Assembly (NCBI GenBank): GCA_041666145.1
Contig: JBAYHK010000002.1
Span: 260 to 64,259, forward strand
From: Patescibacteria group bacterium
GTDB taxonomy: Bacteria > Patescibacteriota > Patescibacteriia > UBA9934
Reading direction: 5' to 3'
Length of the DNA: 64,000 nt
Shown: piece after piece, positions 28,947-38,748 of the stretch
How the letters are laid out: each line of letters opens with the position of its first letter
Numbering within the stretch: the stretch's first letter is position 1
Notes under the pieces: model-generated
What the model saw: only the letters and a program-made list of their open reading frames with translations
Told to the model about the DNA's origin: nothing
The model's database searches: none
Position numbers and translations under genes: made by a program

Positions 28947-29795
28947 TTATTTCTTTTCTGGTGTTTCTGACTTCTGCTGTGCTGCCGCTGCCGCAAGCTC
29001 ATCCTTTGTTGCGTCGTCAATATCTTCAATAGCAGCCTTTGCACTTTCGGCAAGCTTCACATCATCTTCTGCACTCTTTCGAACATCTGCAACAGCTCGT
29101 GCAGTCGCGATCGCCTTTGCCTTTCCTTCCTTTACCGCTTCCGCGACCAACTTCGTTACCATTGCTAAACTTCCAATCGCGTCATCATTCCCAGGAATAA
29201 CATATCGAATGCCCTTTGGATTCACATTGCTATCAACGAGCGCGACCATGGTAATTCCCATTGTAATCGCCTCTCGTACTGCAGTCTTTTCATGACGCGC
29301 GTCAAGAATGAAGAGTGCATCTGGAAGCTTCATCAATGTAGAAAGTCCACCAATCTTTCCATCTAATTCTTCAATCTCACGTGAGAACTGAAGCTGTTCA
29401 AGTTTTGTATATTTTTTCAATTCACCTTTAGCAGACTTATCTTTCAAGTCTAAGTAGTGACGAATAATGCGCTGAATCTGCGCAAAGTTTGTAAACGTGC
29501 CACCCAACCAACGCGTGTTGATGTATGGCATGCCACAAGCCTTTGCATACTCTTCAATAACTGGCTGCGCCTGGCGCTTAGTGCCGAGAAACACTACCGA
29601 ACCACCCTTGGCAGCGATTTCTGTTACAAAATTTAAAGCCTGTTCTAACTTTGCCTGAGTTTTTTCGACGTCAATAATATGAACGCCGCCACGTTCGCCA
29701 TAAATGAATTGCTTCATTTTTGGATGCCAACGACTGGACTGATGACCAAAGTGCACACCTGCCTTAAGCATCTCCAAGAGACTTGGAAGTTTCAT
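28947..29795 (-). CDS. rpsB: 30S ribosomal protein S2
   Basis: MLKAGVHFGH, RWLGGTFTNF, IPGNDDA. Confidence 0.98.
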   Translation of the reverse strand: MKLPSLLEMLKAGVHFGHQSSRWHPKMKQFIYGERGGVHIIDVEKTQAKLEQALNFVTEIAAKGGSVVFLGTKRQAQPVIEEYAKACGMPYINTRWLGGTFTNFAQIQRIIRHYLDLKDKSAKGELKKYTKLEQLQFSREIEELDGKIGGLSTLMKLPDALFILDARHEKTAVREAITMGITMVALVDSNVNPKGIRYVIPGNDDAIGSLAMVTKLVAEAVKEGKAKAIATARAVADVRKSAEDDVKLAESAKAAIEDIDDATKDELAAAAAQQKSETPEKK

Positions 29796-29964
29796 AATGA
29801 ATCCTTTTATCATCGGCGACTTGCATCTCGGGCCCAATCTGCGTTGGGAGGATCCGATGAATGTAGAATCAAGCGCCTGTAAGATGTAATAAATAAGTGC
29901 CCGCAGAGACGGCAGAAGAGTACAGAAATTCGCCAAAAAAGGCAAGATCGGACCCTGCCGAAAA

Positions 29965-30963
29965 CTACCGAATAAACATCACATCCCCAAAAGAAAAGAA
30001 TCGATAGCTCAAATGAATCGCTTCTTCGTAAGCTGCCAAAACTCGTTCACGGCCAGCAAAGGCGGAAACGAGCATTAATAATGTCGACTTTGGAAGATGG
30101 AAATTCGTGATCATTCCGTCAATAACTTGAAACTGAAATCCTGGAGTAATAAAGATGTTCAAATCTCCAGAAAAAGCCTGAAGCTCCCCCGCTGTCGCAG
30201 CAATGCCTTCAAGCGTTCGCACTGTTGTGGTTCCAACCGCGATGATGCGTCGGCCCTCCGATTTCGCCGCACAGATTCGTTCCGCAGTTCCAGCATCAAG
30301 CTCAACATATTCTGCATGCATGACGTGGTCTTCAATATTCTCTGTCTGAACTGGTCGGAATGTGCCAATGCCTACATGAAGCGTGACTTCCTCAATTTGA
30401 ATCCCCTTCGATCGCGCTCTATCGATAAGTTCTTGAGTAAAGTGAAGCCCTGCCGTTGGCGCAGCAACAGATCCAGTCGCTTTTGCATAAACTGTTTGAT
30501 AACGATCAGCATCAACGAGTTCGGTGGTGATATACGGAGGAGTCGGAACCGAGCCGTTGGCAGCACACCACGAGAACATCTCCGCCGCGTTCATCGACGT
30601 TTTCAGCGTAAAAATTCCGTCGTCCGATTTTGCGATCACCTCGAACTCGCCGATTCTTAATCCAATCTTTGCTTTTCGCCCTGGTTTTACAAGCGCATCG
30701 ATTTCGTCGTCCCGAACTTTGAGAACAAAAACCTCAAAACCATCCAACATCAATCGGGCACAAAAAACCTTCGACACGTTAAAGACCAAAACATCGCCGG
30801 CTACAAGCTCATCAAGAATCTGATAAAAATGTTCCAAATGCTTCATTGCCCCAGTTTCACGATCGAGCACGAGAAGCCGAGAATGATCACGAGGTTCAAC
30901 CGGAATCTGAGCAATCTGCTCATCCGGCAAAATATACGAAAACTCATTGACGTTCGTTGGCAT
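29965..30963 (-). CDS. queA: S-adenosylmethionine:tRNA ribosyltransferase-isomerase
   Basis: PPYI, YQTVYA, AAPTAGLHF, TNFHLPKSTL, YRFFSFGD. Confidence 0.96.
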   Translation of the reverse strand: MPTNVNEFSYILPDEQIAQIPVEPRDHSRLLVLDRETGAMKHLEHFYQILDELVAGDVLVFNVSKVFCARLMLDGFEVFVLKVRDDEIDALVKPGRKAKIGLRIGEFEVIAKSDDGIFTLKTSMNAAEMFSWCAANGSVPTPPYITTELVDADRYQTVYAKATGSVAAPTAGLHFTQELIDRARSKGIQIEEVTLHVGIGTFRPVQTENIEDHVMHAEYVELDAGTAERICAAKSEGRRIIAVGTTTVRTLEGIAATAGELQAFSGDLNIFITPGFQFQVIDGMITNFHLPKSTLLMLVSAFAGRERVLAAYEEAIHLSYRFFSFGDVMFIR

Positions 30964-31080
30964 ACAAGCGCCAGTCTATAGGGAGAGCTAATGTTTGACA
31001 AAATATTGACTTTTTCCCATTTTCTTGGATAATGTTGCGAGTCAGGCGCAGAAAAATATCGAAACACTCGGAGACAAAAA

Positions 31081-31698
31081 ATGGGAAACGATCCTTCGCA
31101 GATCACGATCATCGTTCCACACCACGACGACCACGATCCTCGCATTATCCAAGCAACGCACTGGTACAACGCTGGTGCCGGTCTCGAGCTCGGAGTTCGT
31201 ACGCTAAACCAGTACCTCGCAACCATTCCGCCCGTCGGCGAGACGCTCGTTCATCCTCGCGACGACCTACCGCTCCTCACTCTCCTTGAACGTCGCATTG
31301 GTAACGTGGTGTCCTGCCGAATAGCCGGCCTTCTGTATGCCGAGTATGGCTACACGAATAAGACTCTAGTCCACATCAATGAGCGCTATCGGCTTCCAGA
31401 AGAGCCGACCTGGGTACGTGCTCATGACGGCACTCTAAACCTCAGACGCAAGCCCTCCATGTGTCTCGCGGAATGCACGGGAGATCGATTTGCAGGAATT
31501 GATTCCGTAGGCATCGCAATCTTCTTCATTCACGGCCCTCGCAATCACGTGATGGATTTTCCCGCATCTGTTCGCTCCGACTATCGCGATCGCTGCGCTT
31601 ACATCAATACGAATACGTCCGGCGATTCAAAGCTGGGTGCAGGCAGGAAGGATGAGACGAATCCGAAGTGTGGCGCCATAGTCTTCGCCCTAAAATGA
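31081..31698 (+). CDS. Hypothetical protein, C-terminal half DUF5701-like by eye
   Basis: 205-aa ORF with its own promoter-like sequence and hairpin terminator. Confidence 0.55.
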   Translation: MGNDPSQITIIVPHHDDHDPRIIQATHWYNAGAGLELGVRTLNQYLATIPPVGETLVHPRDDLPLLTLLERRIGNVVSCRIAGLLYAEYGYTNKTLVHINERYRLPEEPTWVRAHDGTLNLRRKPSMCLAECTGDRFAGIDSVGIAIFFIHGPRNHVMDFPASVRSDYRDRCAYINTNTSGDSKLGAGRKDETNPKCGAIVFALK

Positions 31699-31729
31699 AG
31701 GCACTTAGCAATGTTCTTCAGGACGACGC

Positions 31730-31769
31730 GATTCCCGTCGGCTCAGTGCCGATGGGAATCTTTTATTTT
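31730..31769 (+). terminator. Intrinsic terminator
   Basis: GATTCCCGTCGGC-TCAGT-GCCGATGGGAATC followed by T tract. Confidence 0.75.
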
Positions 31770-31791
31770 GAGCTCAAGCTTCCGCCAATGT

Positions 31792-31820
31792 TTGACAAAA
31801 AGCCGAGCAATCGATACTCT
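31792..31820 (+). promoter_or_regulatory. Sigma70-type promoter upstream of rpmE
   Basis: TTGACA-17 nt-TACTCT. Confidence 0.6.
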
Positions 31821-31859
31821 TTTGGCACTTAATCGGCTGTATAAGAGCAGCGAAATCAG

Positions 31860-31982
31860 CGAACGGCGTCATTTTCAGCCAGTTTCGGTGATGGTCAAGA
31901 AAAGCTTCTGAGACGTACCTCAATGTACGACGAAGAAGTTTTCGAAGACCAGATCCGAAAATGGACAAAATGCCGGCGTTCG
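31860..31982 (+). ncRNA. Structured 5'-UTR element, copy A (before rpmE)
   Basis: Long interrupted hairpin homologous to 41991-42112 with compensatory changes. Confidence 0.65.
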
Positions 31983-31990
31983 ATATCTAT

Positions 31991-32302
31991 ATGAAGGCAG
32001 GAATCCACCCAGACTACTTTGAATCCACAATCACATGCGCATGCGGCGCCGTGTACAAGACCGGATCAACCATGGAGTCGATCGCGATCGAATTGTGTAG
32101 TGCTTGCCATCCATTCTTTACTGGCAAACAAAAGATTTTAGACACCGCACGTCGTGTAGAAAAGTTCACTGGAAAAATCGACAAAAAGTCTGCAACCGTC
32201 AAAACAGCAAAGGACAAAGCAGCAGACCGAGCAGCGCGCGCACAGACCAAGGCAGAAAAGAAAGCAAACAGCGACACTTCGATCAAATCTGTTTCTCGTT
32301 AA
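31991..32302 (+). CDS. rpmE: 50S ribosomal protein L31 (Zn-binding type, C-terminal extension)
   Basis: [26 protein letters not shown]. Confidence 0.96.
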   Translation: MKAGIHPDYFESTITCACGAVYKTGSTMESIAIELCSACHPFFTGKQKILDTARRVEKFTGKIDKKSATVKTAKDKAADRAARAQTKAEKKANSDTSIKSVSR

Positions 32303-32312
32303 GCTTTTCTTT

Positions 32313-32344
32313 GAAAACACTTCGTCGTAAGGCGGAGTGTTTTC
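32313..32344 (+). terminator. Terminator-like hairpin after rpmE
   Basis: GAAAACACTTCGTC-GTAA-GGCGGAGTGTTTTC. Confidence 0.6.
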
Positions 32345-32360
32345 ATTTATACTGATTTCT

Positions 32361-33452
32361 ATGGATTACACAAAAGTCATTGCAGATAAGCGTGCAGAAA
32401 AAGCCGCTCTCGAAACGAGTCTTATGGACCCAGCAAATCTTGGAAATCCAAAAAAACTTCGGGAAGTAAATGCAGAATATCAGCGCATCAATCGTATTGT
32501 TGCTATTGCTGAGGCGTACGAAACCGCGGCTCGAGATCTTGAAGGCGCAAAAGTGGCACTAAATGATGCCGATGAAGAAGTTCGAGCTATGGCCACAGAA
32601 GAAATCTCCTCCCTTGAAATAAAACTTCCAGATCTTGAGCGCGCGCTAGAACTCGCACTCATTCCTGCAGATCCAATCGACAGTCACGATGCAATCGTGG
32701 AAATCCGTGCCGGCACGGGTGGTGACGAGGCTGCACTTTTCGCCTCTGACCTTTACCGAATGTACACACGTTTTGCAGAGCGACATGGCTGGAAAGCTGC
32801 GCTCGTTTCGCAAAGTCAAAATGATCTTGGCGGATTCAAAGAAGTCATTGTCGAGATTCAAGGCGACGGAGCATTCGGCACCATGAAACTCGAAAGTGGT
32901 GTTCATAGAGTTCAGCGCGTTCCAAGCACGGAAAAAGCTGGACGTATTCACACATCAACCGCAACCGTAGCCGTTCTTCCAAAACTCGAACAAGAGGAAT
33001 TTGAAATCAATCCAAAAGACTTAACAATCGAAGCTACTACAAGCCAAGGCGCAGGTGGACAGTCAGTCAACACCACGTACAGCGCAGTACGCATGGTGCA
33101 CATTCCGACAGGAATCACGGTGTACTGCCAAGATGAACGATCATTTAGTCAAAATAAAGAACGCGCACTTTCGGTGATGCGCGCTCGCGTCTTCGCTTTT
33201 GAAGAAGAGAAAAAACGCGCGGCACTTTCTGCGAATCGTAAAGATCAAATCGGCTCTGGTGAACGTTCTGAAAAAATCCGAACCTATAACTTTCCACAAG
33301 ATCGCATTACCGATCATCGCGTAAAGCAATCATGGCACGGTATTCCGAATCTTCTCGATGGTGACCTAGAAGATATTTTAAACACACTAAAAATTGCTGC
33401 TCGAGACGCAAAATTCGGAGAGCTCTCCAGTGACGATGACGACGAAGAATAA
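32361..33452 (+). CDS. prfA: Peptide chain release factor 1
   Basis: PxT (PST) recognition loop, GGQ motif, RTYNFPQ. Confidence 0.96.
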   Translation: MDYTKVIADKRAEKAALETSLMDPANLGNPKKLREVNAEYQRINRIVAIAEAYETAARDLEGAKVALNDADEEVRAMATEEISSLEIKLPDLERALELALIPADPIDSHDAIVEIRAGTGGDEAALFASDLYRMYTRFAERHGWKAALVSQSQNDLGGFKEVIVEIQGDGAFGTMKLESGVHRVQRVPSTEKAGRIHTSTATVAVLPKLEQEEFEINPKDLTIEATTSQGAGGQSVNTTYSAVRMVHIPTGITVYCQDERSFSQNKERALSVMRARVFAFEEEKKRAALSANRKDQIGSGERSEKIRTYNFPQDRITDHRVKQSWHGIPNLLDGDLEDILNTLKIAARDAKFGELSSDDDDEE

Positions 33453-33453
33453 T

Positions 33454-34353
33454 ATGGACAGCTCCATGACGATTCTTGAAATTCTCTCATGGGCAGGAAA
33501 TGTGCTTAAAAGCACCAACGCGACTCGTTCTGTTCCACAAAATGCTCGACTTGATGCGCAAGTTCTTCTCTCGCATGTTCTTGGCGTGAATAGCGCGTAT
33601 CTTTTTACCCACGGCGACGAAACACTTACCACAAACAACATAGAAACTTTTCAACGGCTCATTGAACGACGGTCTCGCCACGAACCCGTCGCATATCTCA
33701 CGCAAACAAAAGCATTTTTTGGTCGAGATTTCTTCGTGAATAATCATGTACTCATTCCCAGACCAGATACAGAAGTTCTTATCGAAGAAGCAAAAAAAGC
33801 GATTACTCCAACATCAACAGTCATCGACATTGGAACAGGAAGCGGAGCGATCGCGATCACACTTGCTCTTGAAACAACAATGCCGACAATTGCGATCGAT
33901 ATTAGCCTCGACGCAATTACAGTCGCAAAACACAACGCAAAAACGCTTGGCGCAAAACTTGCGATTATTCAAGGAAACCTTTTTGAGCCAATAACAAAAA
34001 TCAATCCACCACCAAGTGATCATTTCGTCGTAGTGGCAAACCTTCCTTATCTCACTCCTTGGCAATGGGAAGCACTTGATCCTGATGTAAAAACATACGA
34101 ACCAAAACTTGCACTTGTCGGCGGTGCAGATGGACTCGCTCTCTACGACAAACTTTGTGAACAGCTCAGATCGTACATACACGAACAATCGCGCCAAGGT
34201 CGCCGAATCATGATTGATCTCTTCATCGAAATCGATCAAAGCCAAAAGGCCGCAGCGCCGGCGCTCATCAAATCTCACTTTCCAACAGCACAACTTTCAG
34301 TGACTCTCGACCTCGCAAAGAAAGAACGCATTGTTCGTGCCGTGATTCGATAA
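33454..34353 (+). CDS. prmC: Release factor glutamine methyltransferase
   Basis: LIPRPDTE, DIGTGSGAI, ANLPY; follows prfA. Confidence 0.95.
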   Translation: MDSSMTILEILSWAGNVLKSTNATRSVPQNARLDAQVLLSHVLGVNSAYLFTHGDETLTTNNIETFQRLIERRSRHEPVAYLTQTKAFFGRDFFVNNHVLIPRPDTEVLIEEAKKAITPTSTVIDIGTGSGAIAITLALETTMPTIAIDISLDAITVAKHNAKTLGAKLAIIQGNLFEPITKINPPPSDHFVVVANLPYLTPWQWEALDPDVKTYEPKLALVGGADGLALYDKLCEQLRSYIHEQSRQGRRIMIDLFIEIDQSQKAAAPALIKSHFPTAQLSVTLDLAKKERIVRAVIR

Positions 34354-34363
34354 CGCCGAACAT

Positions 34364-35455
34364 TTACTTCACACTTAATCGATCGGGCGTATCAACAACC
34401 TCGATCCACGTTTTTCCAGCGTTCAGCACAACTTCCTTTTCATTATCATCAAAGAATCGTAAACGCTCTTCTGCACTTTCTTTTTTCCACGTCCCAACAA
34501 TCTCGGCTCCATTCTGAAAAACATGTGCAATACCAGAGCCGATAGTTACAATCTCTTTTCTTCCCTTGTCGTCACCAGCAATTACTCCAATATCTGTTTC
34601 AAGAATAATAACGTTGTCCGCGACATAAACACCGCCACCCTGCCGACGCTCGTAACTATTCTTCGATGGATCAAAGATCCAATCGACGTTGTAACCAGAA
34701 GAATTCGACCAATCAAGATGAATAACTGACGATGTGGTAGATAATGCAGAACCATCGGCAAATATCCATACCCCATACGTTGGAATCGAATGACTATAAC
34801 GACTGTTCATTTCTTCAATCGAATCACGAAGGTCGACACTCGATGTGTAAACATTGTGCGGAGCGTATCGAGCAACCTCGTCACGATAGAAATACTCACT
34901 TTGAAAAAACTGATCTAAATCCATAACCTCGTTAAAACGAATCTCCTCAAGCGCGTCTGGCGAGCCGCCCACATGAGCATAGATCCCATCAAATTCTGTA
35001 TTCCAATCCAAATAATATGATCGTGCAGATCGAACCGGTCCGATTTTCTCCACGTTCTGCTCTTCAGAAAAGAACGCGATAAAACGCGGAATGTTCCCCT
35101 CTACCGGTGCCTCAATAACAAGGAATGCTTCATCAATACCGGAAAGCGGCCATGCGTCTGCAGAATTCTCCACCATGACTCCAAAAACCTGAGGCAAAAC
35201 ATCAACTGCAGATTCAATCTTCACACCAGTAAGCGGATGACGATACGTTTCAATCTCTTCAATCGGCGTATTAGTCGAAGGAATAGAAGAAAAATTCTCA
35301 GAAGGAATTCGCACAAGAATACCAAGACAAACCACAGCAGTCGCGAGCAAACCAGCACCGTAAATCAATCTATTTTTTAAAGTTCCATTTACTTTCCACC
35401 ATTTTAAAAACTTCTCTCTCTTCACGCGAAATATCTTCTCAATTTCCTTCTTCAT
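34364..35455 (-). CDS. DUF3048-domain protein
   Basis: VMVEN, VEGNIPRF, GPVRSAR, HVGGS, APHNVY, GKTWIEV. Confidence 0.85.
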   Translation of the reverse strand: MKKEIEKIFRVKREKFLKWWKVNGTLKNRLIYGAGLLATAVVCLGILVRIPSENFSSIPSTNTPIEEIETYRHPLTGVKIESAVDVLPQVFGVMVENSADAWPLSGIDEAFLVIEAPVEGNIPRFIAFFSEEQNVEKIGPVRSARSYYLDWNTEFDGIYAHVGGSPDALEEIRFNEVMDLDQFFQSEYFYRDEVARYAPHNVYTSSVDLRDSIEEMNSRYSHSIPTYGVWIFADGSALSTTSSVIHLDWSNSSGYNVDWIFDPSKNSYERRQGGGVYVADNVIILETDIGVIAGDDKGRKEIVTIGSGIAHVFQNGAEIVGTWKKESAEERLRFFDDNEKEVVLNAGKTWIEVVDTPDRLSVK

Positions 35456-35471
35456 AAGACGTTAGTGTAAC

Positions 35472-35505
35472 AAAAAATCGTCAAGCAGCAGCCTGACGAT
35501 TTTTT
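35472..35505 (-). terminator. Intrinsic terminator after rplY
   Basis: AAAAAATCGTCA...TGACGATTTTTT. Confidence 0.7.
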
Positions 35506-35510
35506 AAAAC

Positions 35511-36203
35511 TTATTTCTTTGAATCCTTCTTTGTGTCTTTCTTCACTTCTGTGCCTTCAGTAGCCTCTTCCTTCTTCTCTGTTGTGACTTCCACCTTTGA
35601 AACATCAAGTTCAACTGCAGCATTCAATGACGCAAGCTCTTCTTCAGAACGTGGTGGCTGCACTGATGCAATAGCGACTTCCACATCTGTTGTGATCTCA
35701 ACACCTTCTGGCGCGATAATATCGGAGACACGAATAACATCTTCAAATGTTTTCAAACGAGAGACGTCGACAGAAATTTCGTGAACAAGTGCATTCGGCA
35801 ATGAAATAACCTCTACTTCTTCCAAAGTCTGCAACAATGTTCCACCAAGCTCTTTAACCGCTGGCGCCACACCAGCCAATACAAGAGGAATCTTCGCCTC
35901 AATTCTTCGGTTTGGATCAACTGCACGAAAATCTATGTGCGTAAAGAAATCATTCAATGGATTGCGCTGAGTATCGCTAATCAACACCTGAAACATCTTT
36001 TCGCCAACCGTAAGATCGACAACGGTACTTGCACCTGCAGATGCAAAAACCTTAATAAAGGCGTTACGATCAACGGTAATGTTCATCGGCTCTGTTCCAA
36101 ACCCGTAAAGAACGGCCGGAACTTTGCCTTCTTGACGAAGGGATTCTGTCTTGCGGCCAGTTAAGTCTCGCAAGATTGCGGTAAGAAGAATGTGGTTCTG
36201 CAT
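35511..36203 (-). CDS. rplY: 50S ribosomal protein L25 (Ctc type)
   Basis: LRQEGKVPAVLYG, HIDF, C-terminal beta domain. Confidence 0.95.
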   Translation of the reverse strand: MQNHILLTAILRDLTGRKTESLRQEGKVPAVLYGFGTEPMNITVDRNAFIKVFASAGASTVVDLTVGEKMFQVLISDTQRNPLNDFFTHIDFRAVDPNRRIEAKIPLVLAGVAPAVKELGGTLLQTLEEVEVISLPNALVHEISVDVSRLKTFEDVIRVSDIIAPEGVEITTDVEVAIASVQPPRSEEELASLNAAVELDVSKVEVTTEKKEEATEGTEVKKDTKKDSKK

Positions 36204-36276
36204 AGATGGCGCATATTTCATCCAATCCTAGCCCTTTTGTCAACTCAAAACTGTTTTATTGTGGGGAAAGCTAAGA

Positions 36277-36564
36277 CTATAAACGAGTTTTCTCAAAAAG
36301 AAGCTCATGCGCCCTGAGCACATCATCAAGAGAAATTCTCGATTTTTCTAAAAAGCGCTTAGCGTCTGTCGCATCACAGTCTGTAAAAAGCCCCATACAT
36401 GCAATCTGCCCCTCCCTTCGCTCAATCGCAAAAAGCATCGCCCTCTTACACCCAAAACACGTCGCATGCACAACGTCTCTTCGAGAAGACCGAGAAAGCG
36501 TTCGCACCATTTCCCCGTCATAAGAAAGGGAACAAAATGGGCAACGAGACAATGATTCAATCAT
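36277..36564 (-). CDS. Small zinc-ribbon protein
   Basis: CPFC...HATCFGC; directly downstream of rodA. Confidence 0.6.
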   Translation of the reverse strand: MIESLSRCPFCSLSYDGEMVRTLSRSSRRDVVHATCFGCKRAMLFAIERREGQIACMGLFTDCDATDAKRFLEKSRISLDDVLRAHELLFEKTRL

Positions 36565-36572
36565 AAAAATCC

Positions 36573-37688
36573 TCAAAGAAGCACACGATCTGCAGCGTGC
36601 AAACGCACCGCAACGGACTGTACCATACCGAAAAATACAAAAGACAATAAGAGCGAGCTCCCTCCATAGCTCACAAAAGGTAATGCGACACCAGTCGCCG
36701 GCATAAGAGAAACATTAGCTCCAACATGAACAATGACTTCAGTAAAAATTACAGAAAACGCGCCTATACAGATATAGGCACCAAAAGTATCGCTAGCAGA
36801 TCGTGCCAAAACAATCATGCGCCAAAACACAAGAATGAATGCGACGAAAAGTAAACATACCCCAACAAAGCCCAATTCTTCTGCAATGACCGCAAAAATA
36901 AAGTCTGTCTGACTCTCTGGTAAAAATCTAAGCTGGCTTTGACTTCCGTCTCCGAGACCTCTCCCCCATAATTCACCAGAACCAATAGCGATCTTTGCTT
37001 GAATGACGTTATAGCCAGTACGCAAAGGATCTCGAGATGGGTCCAGAAATGTAAGCACTCTATCTTTTTGATATTGATCAAATACGCCAAACCATCCCGC
37101 ACTAACCACACACAAAACCAGGCCACACACTGCAAGAATTTGTGGAACACGAATTCCAGCAAAGAGAATAAAAATAGCCCATGCTCCCACGAGAAGCGCA
37201 GCACCTCCTAAGTCAGGTTGCAGCATAAGAAGAGTCACCGGAATAGCAACTAAAATTCCACTCATCGCAAGATCACGCCAACTAAATCTTCTCATTGCCT
37301 TTTGGCTACAATACCAAGCAAAAACAACAACAAGTGCAACCTTCATAAATTCCACTGGCTGAAAAGCAAAACCTCCAACAACAAACCACCCAGTCGAACC
37401 ATTTAATGTTCTACCAAACAATAAAACGGCAATAAGTAAAAAAATTCCAACCATGTAAAGTCCACGAGCGCCGTACCGCATGATGTGATAGTTCATCGAA
37501 GCAATGAGCACACTCACAACGATTCCCATCCCCAAAGCAATCGCCTGCTTCTGCAAAAAAACGTTTTCCGAACCCCGCGAAAGCTCAATAGAGAAAATTG
37601 CAGAAAAACCAAATGCAACAAGCGCGCCAATTCCTATGGTTAAAAGCACATCCCCCCTCCTTAAAATACCAAAATCAAATATCGCCAT
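36573..37688 (-). CDS. rodA: SEDS-family peptidoglycan glycosyltransferase (RodA-like)
   Basis: QPVEFMK, QPDLG, FLPESQTDFIF, PFVSYGGSS. Confidence 0.88.
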   Translation of the reverse strand: MAIFDFGILRRGDVLLTIGIGALVAFGFSAIFSIELSRGSENVFLQKQAIALGMGIVVSVLIASMNYHIMRYGARGLYMVGIFLLIAVLLFGRTLNGSTGWFVVGGFAFQPVEFMKVALVVVFAWYCSQKAMRRFSWRDLAMSGILVAIPVTLLMLQPDLGGAALLVGAWAIFILFAGIRVPQILAVCGLVLCVVSAGWFGVFDQYQKDRVLTFLDPSRDPLRTGYNVIQAKIAIGSGELWGRGLGDGSQSQLRFLPESQTDFIFAVIAEELGFVGVCLLFVAFILVFWRMIVLARSASDTFGAYICIGAFSVIFTEVIVHVGANVSLMPATGVALPFVSYGGSSLLLSFVFFGMVQSVAVRLHAADRVLL

Positions 37689-37712
37689 ACCTACCCCGTG
37701 CTTCTTCTCGAT

Positions 37713-38633
37713 TTATGATCTCAGGCTATCACGAATATCTTCCTCGCGGGTACCACGAGGAGGCATATAACTACTAGAATCAAAATAATTTATCGTGGGA
37801 ACGACTGTCACGGTCGCGGATGTTGGCTCATTCCCATACCACCGAACTTCAGCATCTCTTACCTCACCAGCTTCAAGCTCCGTCATGGTGGCACGAGAAA
37901 TACCAACCACCGCACCAGCGCGTTCAAGAACAACAATAAACTGCGCAGCCCAATAAGAATAAGGTGTCGAGTTCGTCACAATAAACGACGTCCGACCAAT
38001 CTTTGTCCCTCCCAAATGAATATCAGGAGTGTATTCAGGAGTCGAAATTGTAAAATCATTATGTTTTGCCAACCATGCCTGAACATCTGGCGCGACATGA
38101 CGATCAACCCGAGTCCAAAGAATATCTTCGACGGCTACGCTAACACTGGAGGGACGCTCTTCCGCATCAATCCCAAGAGCAAAAAGATATGTTGTATCTC
38201 CAGGCATTACAGAACCTTTCTGAACTATAGGATCAATGCCTTTTGCAGTAAATGTATATGTAAACGTTGCGTACCAATCTGTGTTTGGATTTTTTACTGT
38301 TGTATAAAAATCAAAACTCGTTGGAGTTCCCTGAAGAACTTTTGCAGAACCAAGAGCAAGCTGTTTTGCATCACTCTCAGAAGCAATCGCTTGAAAATTC
38401 GCGAGATTCGATCCGAATGTTGCGCCCGCCATCCGCACGTCATCAAAAGATCCAGATATAAGGTATCCAACAACTACAACGACCAAAAAAATGCCCATCA
38501 ATGCCTCTGTAACAATGAGGAAAGCAAACCCAAGCCTACGAAAAAAAGGTCGTGCTTCTATCATGCGAATACCACGCGCATGTTCACGCTCAATTGCCTG
38601 CAGTTCCGGAGAAACAAGAGGGTTTTCTACCAT
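37713..38633 (-). CDS. Hypothetical membrane-anchored protein with two Ig-like repeats
   Basis: N-terminal TM; two similar beta modules (VKNPN.../VTNST...). Confidence 0.6.
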   Translation of the reverse strand: MVENPLVSPELQAIEREHARGIRMIEARPFFRRLGFAFLIVTEALMGIFLVVVVVGYLISGSFDDVRMAGATFGSNLANFQAIASESDAKQLALGSAKVLQGTPTSFDFYTTVKNPNTDWYATFTYTFTAKGIDPIVQKGSVMPGDTTYLFALGIDAEERPSSVSVAVEDILWTRVDRHVAPDVQAWLAKHNDFTISTPEYTPDIHLGGTKIGRTSFIVTNSTPYSYWAAQFIVVLERAGAVVGISRATMTELEAGEVRDAEVRWYGNEPTSATVTVVPTINYFDSSSYMPPRGTREEDIRDSLRS

Positions 38634-38748
38634 AAAAAAATCACAAAAATTGTCAACAGAATCATACCATGCGTTGCTTGTTCCACCCGAGGCTACATGA
38701 TAAACTCCGGGCGAGTTTTCATCCTTCTCGGCAACGTTTATACCCTCT

